Positions 27,280 through 40,639 of a DNA stretch of 64,000 bases are shown here, piece by piece. The translations under genes were made by a program, and so were the position numbers. The notes below the pieces were generated by a model, which was not told the DNA's origin, did not search any database, and saw only the letters and a program-made list of their open reading frames with translations. Positions within the stretch are counted from its first letter, which is position 1. Each line of letters starts with the position of its first letter. Source of the stretch: Eledone cirrhosa (lineage: Eukaryota); NCBI GenBank assembly GCA_964016885.1, contig OZ024741.1, positions 202,678,001-202,742,000 on the forward strand, given 5' to 3'.

Positions 27280-28805
27280 TTGTTATACTTTGGGAGGGTC
27301 ATGTTGCCAATAAGAAACACACGCACCAGTTGTTTCACTCCAATTTATTATAAATTAAATTTATAAATTTATAAATTTCCGGTTGGTTGGTTGGTTCCAC
27401 AACCGGACGGTTGTTCATATATTGTCAAAGTTCTTTCGTCACACATTCTGTGACCTCTTCAGTGACTGGGGATTCTTTTCTTTGTTTTGTGCCTCTCCTT
27501 TGTTCTGTCATACGCCATCTTGTTTTTGTGTGTGTTGTGTGCTTAGTTTGCGTATGTGTTACATCCGGGTGTCTGTGTGTGTTTTTATTTGTTTATTTAT
27601 TTGTTTATTTACATTTTAATGGTTGGTTGTTTGTTCTATGTGTGTGTGTGTTTTCATTTAGTCCTTAATTGTAAGTTGTGATGTTGCTAGTCCATTCATG
27701 TTTTCTATTTAATTTTGGTTGGAGTTCATTTATGTTTATTGCCTCTGTGATTTGTCTAAACATTGCGTCTTTTCTGTGTGTAGATTCTATTTTCATTTCT
27801 ATGTTCTCTAATTTACCCTTATGTTCTATTTTAGCATGTTGGTGGAGTATTGATGATTCTTTTTTATCTTGAAGCTCTCGCCAGTGTTCATTTAACCCTT
27901 CTCCTATACTACGAGCTGTCTCACCTATGTACACTATATTTTTATCTTTACATTGTCCTTCAGTACATCTTATGCTACATACTACATTTCTAGTTTTACA
28001 GTTAATATGGGGGCTTAGTTTACAGATTATGCATTTCTTATCTATACAGGGAGGTCTTTGAAAAGGGTATGTATTACTAATAAGTGTTTTTATGGATTTT
28101 ATGGATTTTGTGGATCAGATATTTGGAAGTCATGGGTTTGGCGTAATGGGAATGGAGGTTTTGTTTTTTGTTATTAATGGTTTCTAACCTGAGCTCTGTG
28201 TCTCGTACAGGTAATCTATGGTTGGGGTGTTTGCTTGGGTAGTCTATAGTAACTCTAATACTCTGGTGGATGGAGTTAGCTATTTGCTGGATGCTTTCCA
28301 TGGTGTTTTTCTCTAATTCCTGACTGTTCTCTAGTGGGGGTGTTTTTACTACGATGTTTATATCATCAACGTAGCGGGAGTACATTATCAGGATTAAGAG
28401 GTTGCTGTCTTCTAATTGTTCTTTAAGTTTAAGTTTATTGTCCCACCATACCATGAATAGGTTAGCTATGTCACCTGCAAGGCTAACACCAATGGCTGCT
28501 CCCCCCTCTTGGGCATATGTTTTTCCATTAAATTTGAACATATGTTCCTTAAGGGTTAGTTTTATACTGGCCCCCACCACATGTGCAATCATTTTCTTTA
28601 GTTCATCGTGGTTTTCGGGGGTCCGTATGGCTCTGGTCCACCCGTTCCATCTTTCTGTGTGGGCCTTCTTGGCCATTGAGGTAATGGTAGGTGGTCTGCC
28701 TCTTGCTGGTCTTGTAGGGCACAGGTTGCTAAGGTCATACGTATCGAGATAATCATTACTATAGGTAAGTTTAAGTAGGAGTCCCAGCTTGCTAAACAAA
28801 TTCAG

Positions 28806-28810
<5 letters not shown>
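27280..28810 (-). mobile_element. Penelope-like element, partial RT plus GIY-YIG endonuclease plus terminal repeat
   Basis: YAQEGGAAIGVSLAGDIANLFM and YSRYVDD (PLE-type RT); VYxIxC..YIGETARS..R..EA (GIY-YIG with Cys-rich linker). Confidence 0.92.
27424..27466 (-). ncRNA. Minimal type I hammerhead in PLE terminal repeat, intact core
   Basis: GTCA-CTGAAGA-G-GTCACAGAATGTGTGAC-GAAA-GAAC-TT-TGAC, about 200 nt downstream of the GIY-YIG stop, sense strand. Confidence 0.85.
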
Positions 28811-28877
<67 letters not shown>

Positions 28878-28969
28878 GTAGAACATTGGAGGGTATATAC
28901 GAAGTAGTAGAGTACTCACTCCATGGGACGAGTTTGGTAGAGGTAGTTCCACAACAGTTAGTTCACCAT

Positions 28970-29012
28970 ACCGAGAACAAATGTTTCCCCTTAAGCGGAT
29001 CTTCAGCTCGGT
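28970..29012 (-). ncRNA. Type I hammerhead, left arm of inverted-repeat element
   Basis: ACCGAG-CTGAAGA-TCCGCTTAAGGG-GAAA-CATTTG-TT-CTCGGT. Confidence 0.8.
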
Positions 29013-29554
29013 CTGAGTGGAGTTATACGGAAAAGGAAAAAACCGTATGAAAACGCCTGCGCAGAAACGGTCACTTCTAGGCGATTTAATCCCACGGTCA
29101 AACGGTGTAAGGGAGATAACTGCGAATGTCCGGAATAAATTATTTGAGTTAATTAGAATATTAGAATGTTGAAGTTATTCAATCTGGAGCTTTGTAATTA
29201 TGCAAGAGGTGTTTCCAGACGTGTGGACAACGTGAAAAAAGCTTATATTTTGAATTTAGACAATTGCGTTAGCTTCTTATGATATTGATCCTTTCTTCAA
29301 ATGCACAGTCCACAGGACGGATTACTCTTGCCTATAGCTTGGACTTAGTGATAGCTTTCCATTGGATGGAGTAGTCTACGCCTGAGTCTTTGAGAGACCA
29401 TACGTGGCTCGCGAACTTCGTGGACGATCGTTTTTCCGGGTATCTAAATCAACTACATAGGATTTAACCTCTTGTTGTTGATTTGGTCGGTTGACCGTTT
29501 CTGCGCATGCGTTTTCATATAGTTGTTTTTCCTTTTCTGTACAACTCCATTCAG

Positions 29555-29597
29555 ACCGAGCTGAAGATCCGCTTAAGGCGAAACATTTGTTCTCGGT
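29555..29597 (+). ncRNA. Type I hammerhead, right arm of inverted-repeat element
   Basis: ACCGAG-CTGAAGA-TCCGCTTAAGGC-GAAA-CATTTG-TT-CTCGGT; 6 bp perfect stem I. Confidence 0.8.
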
Positions 29598-29624
29598 ATG
29601 GTTAACTAACTGTTGTGGAACTAC

Positions 29625-29745
<121 letters not shown>

Positions 29746-30254
29746 TGTGAAAGCAAGTGACTGAGCATACCATAGACGCGTATATTCTCAACATTGTCCT
29801 CATTAAGATTCAGCTTGACACTGTATAAGACACGGCTGGCCTTTTGAATTACAGATATAGCTATTTGAAATGGAACAACAGGAAAAAGAAGTGTCTCGCT
29901 TAAGGACACAACTCAACAATCTACGATCGCAACTCTCCATCCTACGATCGTAAGCTGAACACCCTAACCACTTAGCCACACACCTTCACAGAGAGTAAAA
30001 GAGGTTTAAAGGGACATCGTGGAAGTATATCTGTATAACATTAGCCTGTATAACATTAGCAAGAATAGAAGAAAATAGCAGAGGGCATTGAACAATTCGA
30101 GAAGATTGGATTAGTTAAATATTTGGGTGGATTTCTCATTTGTGCAATTAATAGAAGCACAGCTTGCATTCATTAAAGACGTGAGGGCGGCTGAGAACTT
30201 TACACGCTTGCTGCATCGAGATCGTTCATTGAGATAGACAGACATTAGCTTCAA

Positions 30255-30272
30255 ACATACATACATACATAA

Positions 30273-30303
<31 letters not shown>

Positions 30304-31020
30304 CATACATACATACATACATACATACATAATTACATATATACATACATACTTACGTACATACATAGAAATATATATGCATACATAGATTCATACATAA
30401 AACACATACATGCATACATATATACATACATATATACATATATACATATACACACACACATATACATGCATATACACATACATACACATACACAATAATT
30501 ACAATGGCATACATGCATACATACATGCGCACGTATATAGACGTACGTAAACATACATATATAGACATACATATACACATACACACACATGAGACATACA
30601 TACACACATGTATATACACATACATACACGCATGTATACATGAGACATACATACACACATGTATATACACATACATACACACATGTATATACACATACAT
30701 ACACGCATACACACACATGTATACACACATACATAAACACACATGCATACATAAATATGTATACATACACGCATACATGCATAAATAAATATGCATACAT
30801 ACATACACGCATACATACATACATAGATACATACATATATGCATACATACATATATGCATGCATGCATAAATATACATACATAGATTCATACATAAAAGA
30901 CATACATGCATATATACACATATATGCATACATACATAGATTCATACATAAAATACATACACGTATTTAAACATATATACATCCATACATGCAGAGATAC
31001 ATATACATACATACATATAT
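30255..31020. repeat. (TACA)n and degenerate CA/TA-rich tract
   Basis: Directly visible. Confidence 0.95.
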
Positions 31021-31364
31021 GGAATGAACCGCCATCAGTTTCGACGATGACTGTTCCAGCTCTTCGATCAACGGAACAGCATTCTAACGAAATTGGCGTG
31101 TAGGTGACTGAGCATTCCAGAGAGAGATGCACCATTAGCGTAAATCTCTGAGAGAGTCAGTGTAACACAATGTGTGATAAGGCTGGCCTTTTGAATCGGA
31201 GATACAGTCGATTGGACTGGCTTCCAAATAGTTTCCATCTACTCAGTGTCATTCATAAGGTGTGGGTCACCCCAAGCTATGGTAAAAAACCCCTTGTACA
31301 AGAAGACACCCGTAACCTAATTCGGTCATTCGGCATCAATATACATCCATACAAACAAAAAGAT

Positions 31365-32321
31365 CATGCCTGAAAGCTCCAAAGTGCCAGGAAGCTCCAA
31401 AGTGAGGGTAATATAGATAAGCGAAGTAGTCTATGTTGGCTCTCACTTTGAAGGATATGCCTTTGTAATTCAAGAATAGGAAATAACTACACGAAATACC
31501 TGATACACAAAAGAGATAGGGATGCAGGCAAAACACCTAGATGTGACAATAAAGGCAGACTCTGCAGAATTAACATCGAACATTTCCCCCATGTCATAAG
31601 CAGCTCTCATCATGATACTATCTATCTATGCGGTGGCCAAAACACTATACAATGCAATCCGTAGAAAAGGTAGCCCCGAAAATAAACATATTAAAAGTTA
31701 CAGCAATGTGGAAGATATATACATACATAATATGAAAGAGTACTGGTGGATGTTTCAGTAAAAAACCCAATAAAATGCAAACATAACAGACGATACATAA
31801 TATGGACAGGGAAAAGAAGGCATGCACAGTGGAAATCAGTTGCCCAGCAGATGCCAATATAATATTAAAGATAAGCGAAAAGGAGAATATCTATGCAGAA
31901 CTAATGAGAAATCTGCAGATACTCCACCCTGACTATACCTTCAGATTTATACCTGAGATTATTGGGGCACTGGGATATGTTAGTAACTGCCTCAGTACAA
32001 ATCTTGAGAAGCTTCACAGGAACAGAAAGAACACAACTAGTTAGGAAATTACAAGTACAATCCATTAATGGAACAGTAAAAACATCTAAAACATGTACCC
32101 ATGTACACATGTACAGATACAAAGCATATGCACACGCACACATATAACTCAAAGCATTCACATCCACACATACAATAACATCCATACCTGCACACACATG
32201 CATGCATGCAGACATATCTGCATTGTTGATGTTTAAATTCTAATGTAAGTCTTGTATCGGTGTTAGAAACCGACTCTCTCTCTATTGGTAAACATTCATA
32301 AAATTATGAAACCAGAAGAAC
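31365..32321 (+). mobile_element. Third R4/Dong-like 3' fragment
   Basis: DREKKACTVEISCPADANIILKISEKENIYAELMRNL; 3' UTR ending GAAACCAGAAGAA matches 18955-19060 inverted. Confidence 0.85.
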
Positions 32322-33059
32322 ATGGCTTCCCCCTCGTTATCGAGTATGGCCATTGCACGATAAAACATTATTAATAATTATCAATTAATGCTATCGTGCA
32401 ATGTGCGTGAAGATTTTTTTTAAAGTGAGGAATGACTGTACTGAGCCAATCCCACTCTCTGAGCGACAGTAGCTATAACCCGAAAAGAAGAAAAGATCAA
32501 TATCATTGGTAACTACTGAGCAGCAGGTTTTATGTCGGAGTTATCCCAGTTTCCTGAGATGCCTTCTCCTAGAAGAATGCCCTGACAAAGGCTAGGGGTT
32601 CTTCACTCCCAGTGGTTTAACCACCCGATCGAGTATCCAGGCCGATTATTTCTATGCCTCCCCGCATATATATACACATGCACACATGCATATACACATA
32701 TACATACATATGTACATGTGTATATACACATTTACACATTTTTGGATGGCCGTTGACTCTTATGAGTTCTTCCGCCCTTTGTCAGGTTTTGTTTTTTGTC
32801 CTACAGGATGTCCAAAATCCCCATCCTCACCAAGTAAACTTGGTCGGGTTGCCCGTTTAGTCACCGACGACCCGACCATGTGACAGGCTGTACTGGGTTA
32901 TATGTTACCAGTAGCACCCAAGAATAACGCGACATACATACATGCATACATACATACACACTCATACATATATACACAGTGTCGTTAAATGTATGTGTTA
33001 GGTATCTGTCTGAACTTAAGTTAAGATATTCACGTTATATCTTCGTTCGTGAAACTGTC

Positions 33060-33455
33060 GAGTGGGCAGTGGAGTGATGAGTGTAGTGGGGAGTGAAGTG
33101 ATGAGTTTAGTGAGGAGTGGAGTGATGAGTGTAAGTGTGAAGTGGGGAGTGGAGGAGTGAGGGGAGTGGAGAGTGGAGTGATGAGTGAAGTGAAGTGAAG
33201 AGTGGAGTAATGAATGTGATGATGAGTTCAGTGGAGTGGAGTGGAGTGGAGTGAAGTGAATGAGTGTGATGATGAGTGCTGTGATGAGTGTAGTGGAGAT
33301 TTGAGAGGAGAGGAGAGTGGAGAGGAGAGTGCAGGTGGAGTTGAGTGGAGAGTGCAATGAAATATGCACTGAGGGATGGGGGTGTGGAGTGAGGAGTGAA
33401 GAGTGCAATGCTGAGTGGAGTGGTAGGTGATGAACGTTGAGGATGTAGTGGAGTA
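33060..33455. repeat. Degenerate (GAGTG)n purine-rich tract
   Basis: Directly visible. Confidence 0.85.
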
Positions 33456-36303
33456 AAGGGAAATATGCAGAGAATGAAAGACAGTAACTCTGTGGTGATC
33501 TTCTAAGTTTGAAAAGCTCTAATTGAGGGAGAAATTCAGGGTAAAATCTGCTCCGGTTCACATTCTGACATATTCATCGTGTCAGAATGAGGTATCTATG
33601 TCAGCCGTACTGAAATCTGAAATAGACGTGCTAATATGGCGGAAGATCAAAATATTTCTTTATCTATATTATATATATTATATTTAGAGAGGGTACTGAG
33701 AAGAAGGAATATTGTTTTTAAAGCTTTAATTGTTGTCAAAAGAAAGGTTTGTGTGGTGAGGAATCGAACTAAAATGACATCAGCTGTATTATCAAATATA
33801 AATGAAAGAGAAGTAGGTTCAGGCAAGCGGAAGGAGTGAGATAGTTTGTTTATACACATTTTATTCTATGTTCAGTGAGCCCTGAGACACATCGTTAGGA
33901 TGCCAGCAAATTTGAATACGATACACCTTACCATTTAATGAATCTTTAGGGTTCTAACTAACGATTTTATTTAGATGAATTCTGCTCCACTAACTTCATT
34001 GAAATAAGTGCTAATAATACAATGAGGAAGTTGCGGAAGTAGAGAGATAAGCTGAACCAACTATGAGGCGGCGAATTGGCAGTGTCGTTAGAATGTTGGA
34101 TAGAAGGATTTATAGCATTCATTTCGGCTCTCTACGCTATGAGTTCGACTCTAACATTCATTCAAGATCGATAAAAAAGTACCGGGTCGACTCTTCTTCT
34201 GCATCTCTTTCTCACTTCCTCTTTCTCTTCCTCTCTCTTTGTCTAGAAAATATCGGCTGCATTTAGACCTGGAAAGAGGTGTGCTCCACCAAGTTTAGGA
34301 TGCTCAAAATACGCAGTATGTCACTAAAACGACTCTATCACAAGTTACGTGCCCATACATATATATGAGCCTATTACGCAACCGGATTTGTGTTTGAAAT
34401 CATGAAAAATACCGAAAGTTACATCTCAACTTGCCTTTCTAAATATATCGAAATGAAAATTACCTCCAGTGAAATATATTCACGAGTTGCTGAATGAAAT
34501 ATGAATGAATAAAAGGAAAAAAAGTATTTGAAAATCTTAGAAGATTAAAAACAATTGTAGCTTATACAAGAGTACTGTCAGTTTTTAAAATAAAATATTT
34601 TGATTTTAAGGTCATTAGTTCAATTCCTGGATCGAACGGTGTGTTGTGTTCGTGAGCAAAATACTCTTTCACGTTGTTCCTTGTGACAGAAGTTCTGACT
34701 AGCTGGTAGTATCGGCAATGGAAAGACAATTTGAAGCATTGTTTCCTTGGTCCAATCTGACGATTGACTCTTTTTCTTTAAACATATATATTCAAAGTAC
34801 GTTAGAGAGACAGTATATTTCCTTGGCCTGGTTTGACGATCGGTTCCTTTCCAAGGTATGTTAGACAGACAGCTGATATCAGCAATGGAAAGACCAACAG
34901 AAACAGTTGGTCTGATCTGACAACAAAAGTAAAACTGCTATGTGGTTGGCCCATAACTGTGCCGCAGTAGTAATTTTGGCAGTGTATTTAGAATGTAGGA
35001 TAGAATGATTCATGGCATCCGTTTCGGCTCTCTACGCTATGAGTTCGACTCTAGCATTCATTCTTTCAAGATCGATAAAAAGCCCCCTCCAGTACCGGGG
35101 TCAATTCTTCTTCTATATCTCTTTCTCAGTTCCTCTTTCACTTTCATTCCTTCAACAAGTTGAGAAGATACCCACAACCACGACTGTGATGGCTTTCACC
35201 CGCTAGTACAAACCTTACAAAAACACACCCAGAGAAGCCAAATAGAATTTCAGTCATATACATCCAACAATTTCTGCTGTTATTAAGAGTGCAGCAGATA
35301 TTTCTGTTCCCTTGAACAGAGGGCCTCTCCATTACTGCTAAACCAAGCTGGTTGTAAGCAATACTCTCGCTTAAAACTCTCTTCATTTTAAGCACTTAAC
35401 AACTTAACAAAATATTCTCTAATACTCTCCTTCTCTTATACCCTCCTCTGCTGATAGATATCTCTAATAATATTCTCTTTCTTCAATACTCTTCCTATAA
35501 TGCTCTTCTCCTTTGATACTCCCCATTGCTAATACTCGCCTCCAATACCTTCCTTTTCTGATACTCTCCTTCTCTATGGCTCCCTTCTCATCATAAACAC
35601 AGTCGCATTGTACGAAATCCCGCTTATCGAACCGGAAACCAAACTTACGACCTTACAATAGTGAGCCTAACACCCTAACCACCAGATCACGAATTTACAC
35701 AATTTGAACAAGAAATAGCTACATGTTTACATAGGAAATGTCAAATATTTTCTATCTCGGTTAGGAGACTGATTTAAGATATCGATCTATTTGTTGAACA
35801 CACACAAAATATCTATTAAGACGAGAGTAACGTTAATAAAATATAGAACAACAGGTTATTAAAGATATCGAAAATAACATAAATTATTCAAGATATTGAT
35901 AATATCATGATAATAAGAAATTATGGAAGATATAGTTATTCAAGATATTTTTTATAACACGAATAACAATAAGTTATTCAAGATAAGAGGACATGTCTTA
36001 TTTGAAGATTCTATATAATTCTTGTTTGTTTCCTTCCTGGAGTTTCAGCCCACACATTCGTCAGCTTGCATGTACAATATTTATACAGGTGCACGCCGCT
36101 GTGAGTGAAATATATGGCTGTGTATCTGCTCCCTCTCTGACGCGGTGATATTTTAGTTTTATACATATATACACACGCACATATATACATACATCCATGC
36201 ATATATACATACATGTTTACACATACATGCATACACACATACACACACACATACATACACATATATGTGTGTATATATCTATATGAATATATACATGTAT
36301 ATT

Positions 36304-36367
<64 letters not shown>

Positions 36368-36663
36368 TACGTATACACACACACACATATATATATATAC
36401 ACACACACATAGATGTGTTTTTAGTTGTTTGTTTTTATCTTAGATGTATTTCTTTTTGTCCTTCCATCCTCCTCCACCACGCCATCTATCGACTGAAACG
36501 CGTTGTTCTCACGATAGTCTGTTTATTATTCTGAGCTCTGACGATTTACATTCAACAGACATGTTTTTTTACTAATGAATGCTGAGTCGCTAATATTGAG
36601 TTGGTTGCTAGCAGTTTATAGCCCCCGTTTTCAGTTATAACTGCCAACACTTCACATTTTCCA

Positions 36664-36708
<45 letters not shown>

Positions 36709-36871
36709 CAAGTGTGTGTATGTGTGTGTATCCATATGTGTGTGTGTGTGCATATGCATGTGTCGGACATCCGTCGGTTCCGACGAGTAGTGTTAGGTGA
36801 TATATATATATAATATATATTCTTAACAAACACACAGGCACACACGCACACACACACGCGCGCGCGCACCC

Positions 36872-36908
<37 letters not shown>

Positions 36909-37871
36909 ACCCCATCGGTCACGAGTGACCGATGGGGTTTACAATGGCCTATACAGCTTAGCACCAGTGACATCGCAACTCATTTATCCAGATAAGTGAA
37001 CTGGAGCAACTTGAGACGGAACGATGTAGATTGAGAAATTATGAGTATAATCTGTCTTTAATAATTGTTTCTGCTTTTGGCACAAGGCCAGCAATTATCC
37101 CAGTGTATTACTGGTACTTTATTTTATCGACCCCGTAAGGATAAAAGCAAAATTAACCTCGGCGGGATTTGAACTCAGACCATAAAGGGCCGTAACTCTT
37201 TGCTGAAAAGCATGGCGTCCGACCCTCTACCGATATTTTCAATCCACTAATAATATAATCAAACCCGGCCTGGAAGGGTACATTATAAGTAAATCGATAT
37301 GAAAACCTAAATCAGGTAAAGCCATATGGAAATTAGAATGAGGAATTAACAATATCACTTGAAAAATTTCAGGGAAAAGAATGTAATGTTTAGTTGGGTG
37401 AGTTGTTAGATGAACAATTAATTAGCATGGTAACCAGGACAGTCTTGTTGTGGTGTGGTGTGCCTTGAAACCTTGAGTTCCTTCATAATGGCGTTAATTG
37501 ACTATCAATAATTATCTGCACCTTTCTTAAGATTGTGGGTGTTTTACGTTTGGCAAATTTTGACAATAAACGGCCGTGCAACCCTCAAGGAAGCAAGAAA
37601 TAACTAAATTACTATGCTCTGCCTTTAAGGCAAAAATTACAGCGTGTTTATTAATTTGCTGAATTAGCTTGATATCTGTCATCATTTTCCCGAAAAGAAA
37701 TGATAATCATAAGTTAGAAATAAGTTTGGTCTATCAAAAAATGTATCATCAAATAACTGAGCAACCTTATACAATAATATATCGAATATATATATATACA
37801 CTGAATAATACATATATCACATATACATAACAAATATATATAATATATACACAATACAAAAATATAAATAT

Positions 37872-38365
37872 TTAGGAAATATCCATTTAAAGTTTTAATG
37901 TTACCAAACACACTATACATATTTCAATGGCCAAGTTACACCATCCGACATGGCGTAAGCCCTTGGCGACAATATCAAGTGCGGATTGTATAATTAGTTA
38001 ATCAATAAAAGGAATTACGGCAAATACAAACAGAGAATAGAGAATATAATCTATATTTCTTGATTAACTAATCATACAATCCGAACCTGAGGATGTCATC
38101 AAGGTCTTACGTCATCATCGAATGATGAAACTTGGCCATTGAAATATGTATAGTGTTTTTGGCAACATTAAAACTGTAAAGGGATATTTCCAGTCCGACA
38201 TTCTCTTGTTTTAAATAAATATTTAACTCCGTTCCTGCACCAGCCATGGGATTCAGCATCTACGATGGATGAGTTGCATAACATAGAGTGCTTTTCTTAC
38301 TATTACATCATGGTTTATTAACCAGAATGACCAGTTCTACCCATTGGTAAACCACACAATATAAA
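37872..38365. mobile_element. Diverged inverted-repeat element related to 1988-3510
   Basis: 37872-38004 is a decayed inverse of 38060-38191; hammerhead-like CTGAGGA-TGTCATCAAG...CTTGGCCATT-GAAA-TATGTA-TA at 38085-38154. Confidence 0.6.
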
Positions 38366-38366
38366 T

Positions 38367-38429
<63 letters not shown>

Positions 38430-38644
38430 GTTAAAAATGTACATCTACATATGCATACTGAAATACTAGTATGCATATGAATACACACACGTATACATAT
38501 GTAGATGTACCAAGTCTTTCACTGGTTACTTTACTGTAAGTATCCAGCTATTCTGTATGTAAACACACAGACAAACCGGTTTTTAGAGTCATACTGGTTT
38601 TTGAGGAAACACCTTTCCTCTATTCTCCAGAAAGCCAGACAAGG

Positions 38645-38689
38645 AATATTGAACTAGTTTCGTTGTTGTTACAACTCATCAGCAATATT
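38645..38689 (-). ncRNA. Type I hammerhead, intact
   Basis: Reverse complement of 39412-39456. Confidence 0.9.
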
Positions 38690-39110
38690 TACCTATCTAC
38701 CGGCCTTTCTGGAGAATCGTAAAAGCACATATCGTTATATGCTTTTTCTATGAAAATTAGTAGTGGGCAGACTAATTTGCATAGAGTGTGAGTACGTACC
38801 GGTTCAACGGAGACGATAAAAACAAATAACGAAACGAAATTAAATTTCGTTTCGTTTGTAACTCACTTTTGTATGACTGACGCTTAAACAATTAAGTTAA
38901 AAATGTACATCTACATATGCATACTGAAATACTAGTATGCATATGAATACACACACGTATACATATGTAGATGTACCAAGTCTTTCACTGGTTACTTTAC
39001 TGTGAGTATCCAGCTATTCTGTATGTAAACACACAGACAAACCGGTTTTTAGAGTCATACTGGTTTTTGAGGAAACACCTTTCCTCTATTCTCCAGAAAG
39101 CCAGACAAGG

Positions 39111-39155
39111 AATATTGAACTAGTTTCGTTGTTGTTACAACTCATCAGCAATATT
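39111..39155 (-). ncRNA. Type I hammerhead, intact
   Basis: Identical motif 466 nt from the previous copy. Confidence 0.9.
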
Positions 39156-39411
39156 TACCTATCTACCGGCCTTTCTGGAGAATCGTAAAAGCACATATCG
39201 TTATATGCTTTTTCTATGAGTCAGTCATACAAAAGTGAGTTACAAACGAAACGAAATTTAATTTCGTTTCGTTATTTGTTTTTATCGTCTCCGTTGAACC
39301 GGTACGTACTCACACTCTATGCAAATTAGTCTGCCCACTACTAATTTTCATAGAAAAAGCATATAACAATATGTGCTTTTACGATTCTCCAGAAAGGCCG
39401 GTAGATAGGTA

Positions 39412-39456
39412 AATATTGCTGATGAGTTGTAACAACAACGAAACTAGTTCAATATT
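39412..39456 (+). ncRNA. Type I hammerhead, intact
   Basis: AATATTG-CTGATGA-GTTGT-AACA-ACAAC-GAAA-CTAG-TT-CAATATT: 7 bp stem I, 5 bp stem II, palindromic stem III, GUU site. Confidence 0.92.
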
Positions 39457-39744
39457 CCTTGTCTGGCTTTCTGGAGAATAGAGGAAAGGTGTTTCCTCAA
39501 AAACCAGTATGACTCTAAAAACCGGTTTGTCTGTGTGTTTACATACAGAATAGCTGGATACTCACAGTAAAGTAACCAGTGAAAGACTTGGTACATCTAC
39601 ATATGTATACGTGTGTGTATTCATATGCATACTAGTATTTCAGTATGCATATGTAGATGTACATTTTTAACTTAATTGTTTAAGCGTCAGTCATACAAAA
39701 GTGAGTTACAAACGAAACGAAATTTAATTTCGTTTCGTTATTTG

Positions 39745-39819
<75 letters not shown>

Positions 39820-39885
39820 CAAGGTTTAGCAAATAAGAAAAAGTTTCAAAATAAATTTCAAAAATTCACTGTACTTACTATGTTT

Positions 39886-39972
39886 ACCTTTACCGAAACG
39901 GTTTCGAGTCTCAAAAATAAATGGATAGTCCTTGGGGGCCTCCATTGAAAAGATAAACTCTCTTCAGAAGGT
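39886..39972 (-). ncRNA. Type I hammerhead, intact core, extended stem II
   Basis: ACCTT-CTGAAGA-GAGTTT..(AATGGA/TCCATT)..AGACTC-GAAA-CCG-TTT-CGG-TA-AAGGT. Confidence 0.85.
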
Positions 39973-40639
39973 TATTTTCACTCGGAGAATATAAAATTCC
40001 CGAGTTCGAATTACGAACTGGCGCTATTCAAAATTATTCCCGAGATGAGAATGAATGATGTGGAAGCAATTCTGTCCAGTGCCGTGTGCAAAGATAAAAG
40101 ACAGAGGCAGGGAGGTCAGTCTACCACCACTATAAATAGCAGCAGTCAAAACGACCAAATTTTATCTCGACCAGGGGGAGATTAATAATAATAAGGTATA
40201 TATCCCTACACGCAAAAAACGTATAGGGACATGGTCCAGTTGTTCAATGAACGGTACAGCTTGCTTGTGAAATTAACTTTTATGTAGCTTAGCATTCAAC
40301 AGACACGTGAATCTCCCCAAAAAAAAACAACAAAAAAAAAACAAAAAAAAACAAAACAAACAAACTATTTTTTAGCATACTGCAATATCATCCTCATCAT
40401 CTTTGAAGGATGGTAGGCAAAGTTGAACACAGAACGCAAGTAGAAAATAATGACAGGAATGATTTCTAAGTTAGGCACGAGGCCAGCAATTTTGGTAGGA
40501 GGATATAGTCGATTATAGCGACCTCAGTACTTAATTGAGCTCGACTGAATTTAAACTAAGACCGGAACAATTACCCCAAAGTATATTTATTCGACGGTCT
40601 AGCGGTTCTGCACCTCCACAACCATACTGAGTGGTATTA

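Larger units (their letters stand above)
38424..39750. mobile_element. Retrozyme-like element: 466 bp monomer, about 1.7 tandem copies plus about 1.15 inverted copies
   Basis: AATTAAGTTAAAAATGTACATC at 38424 and 38890; inversion junction at about 39219; (TA)n on both flanks; one hammerhead per monomer. Confidence 0.85.

Noticed and set aside
36490-36550. Type II hammerhead (GAAACGCGTT ... CTGACGA)
   Set aside because: Stems I and II do not pair convincingly.
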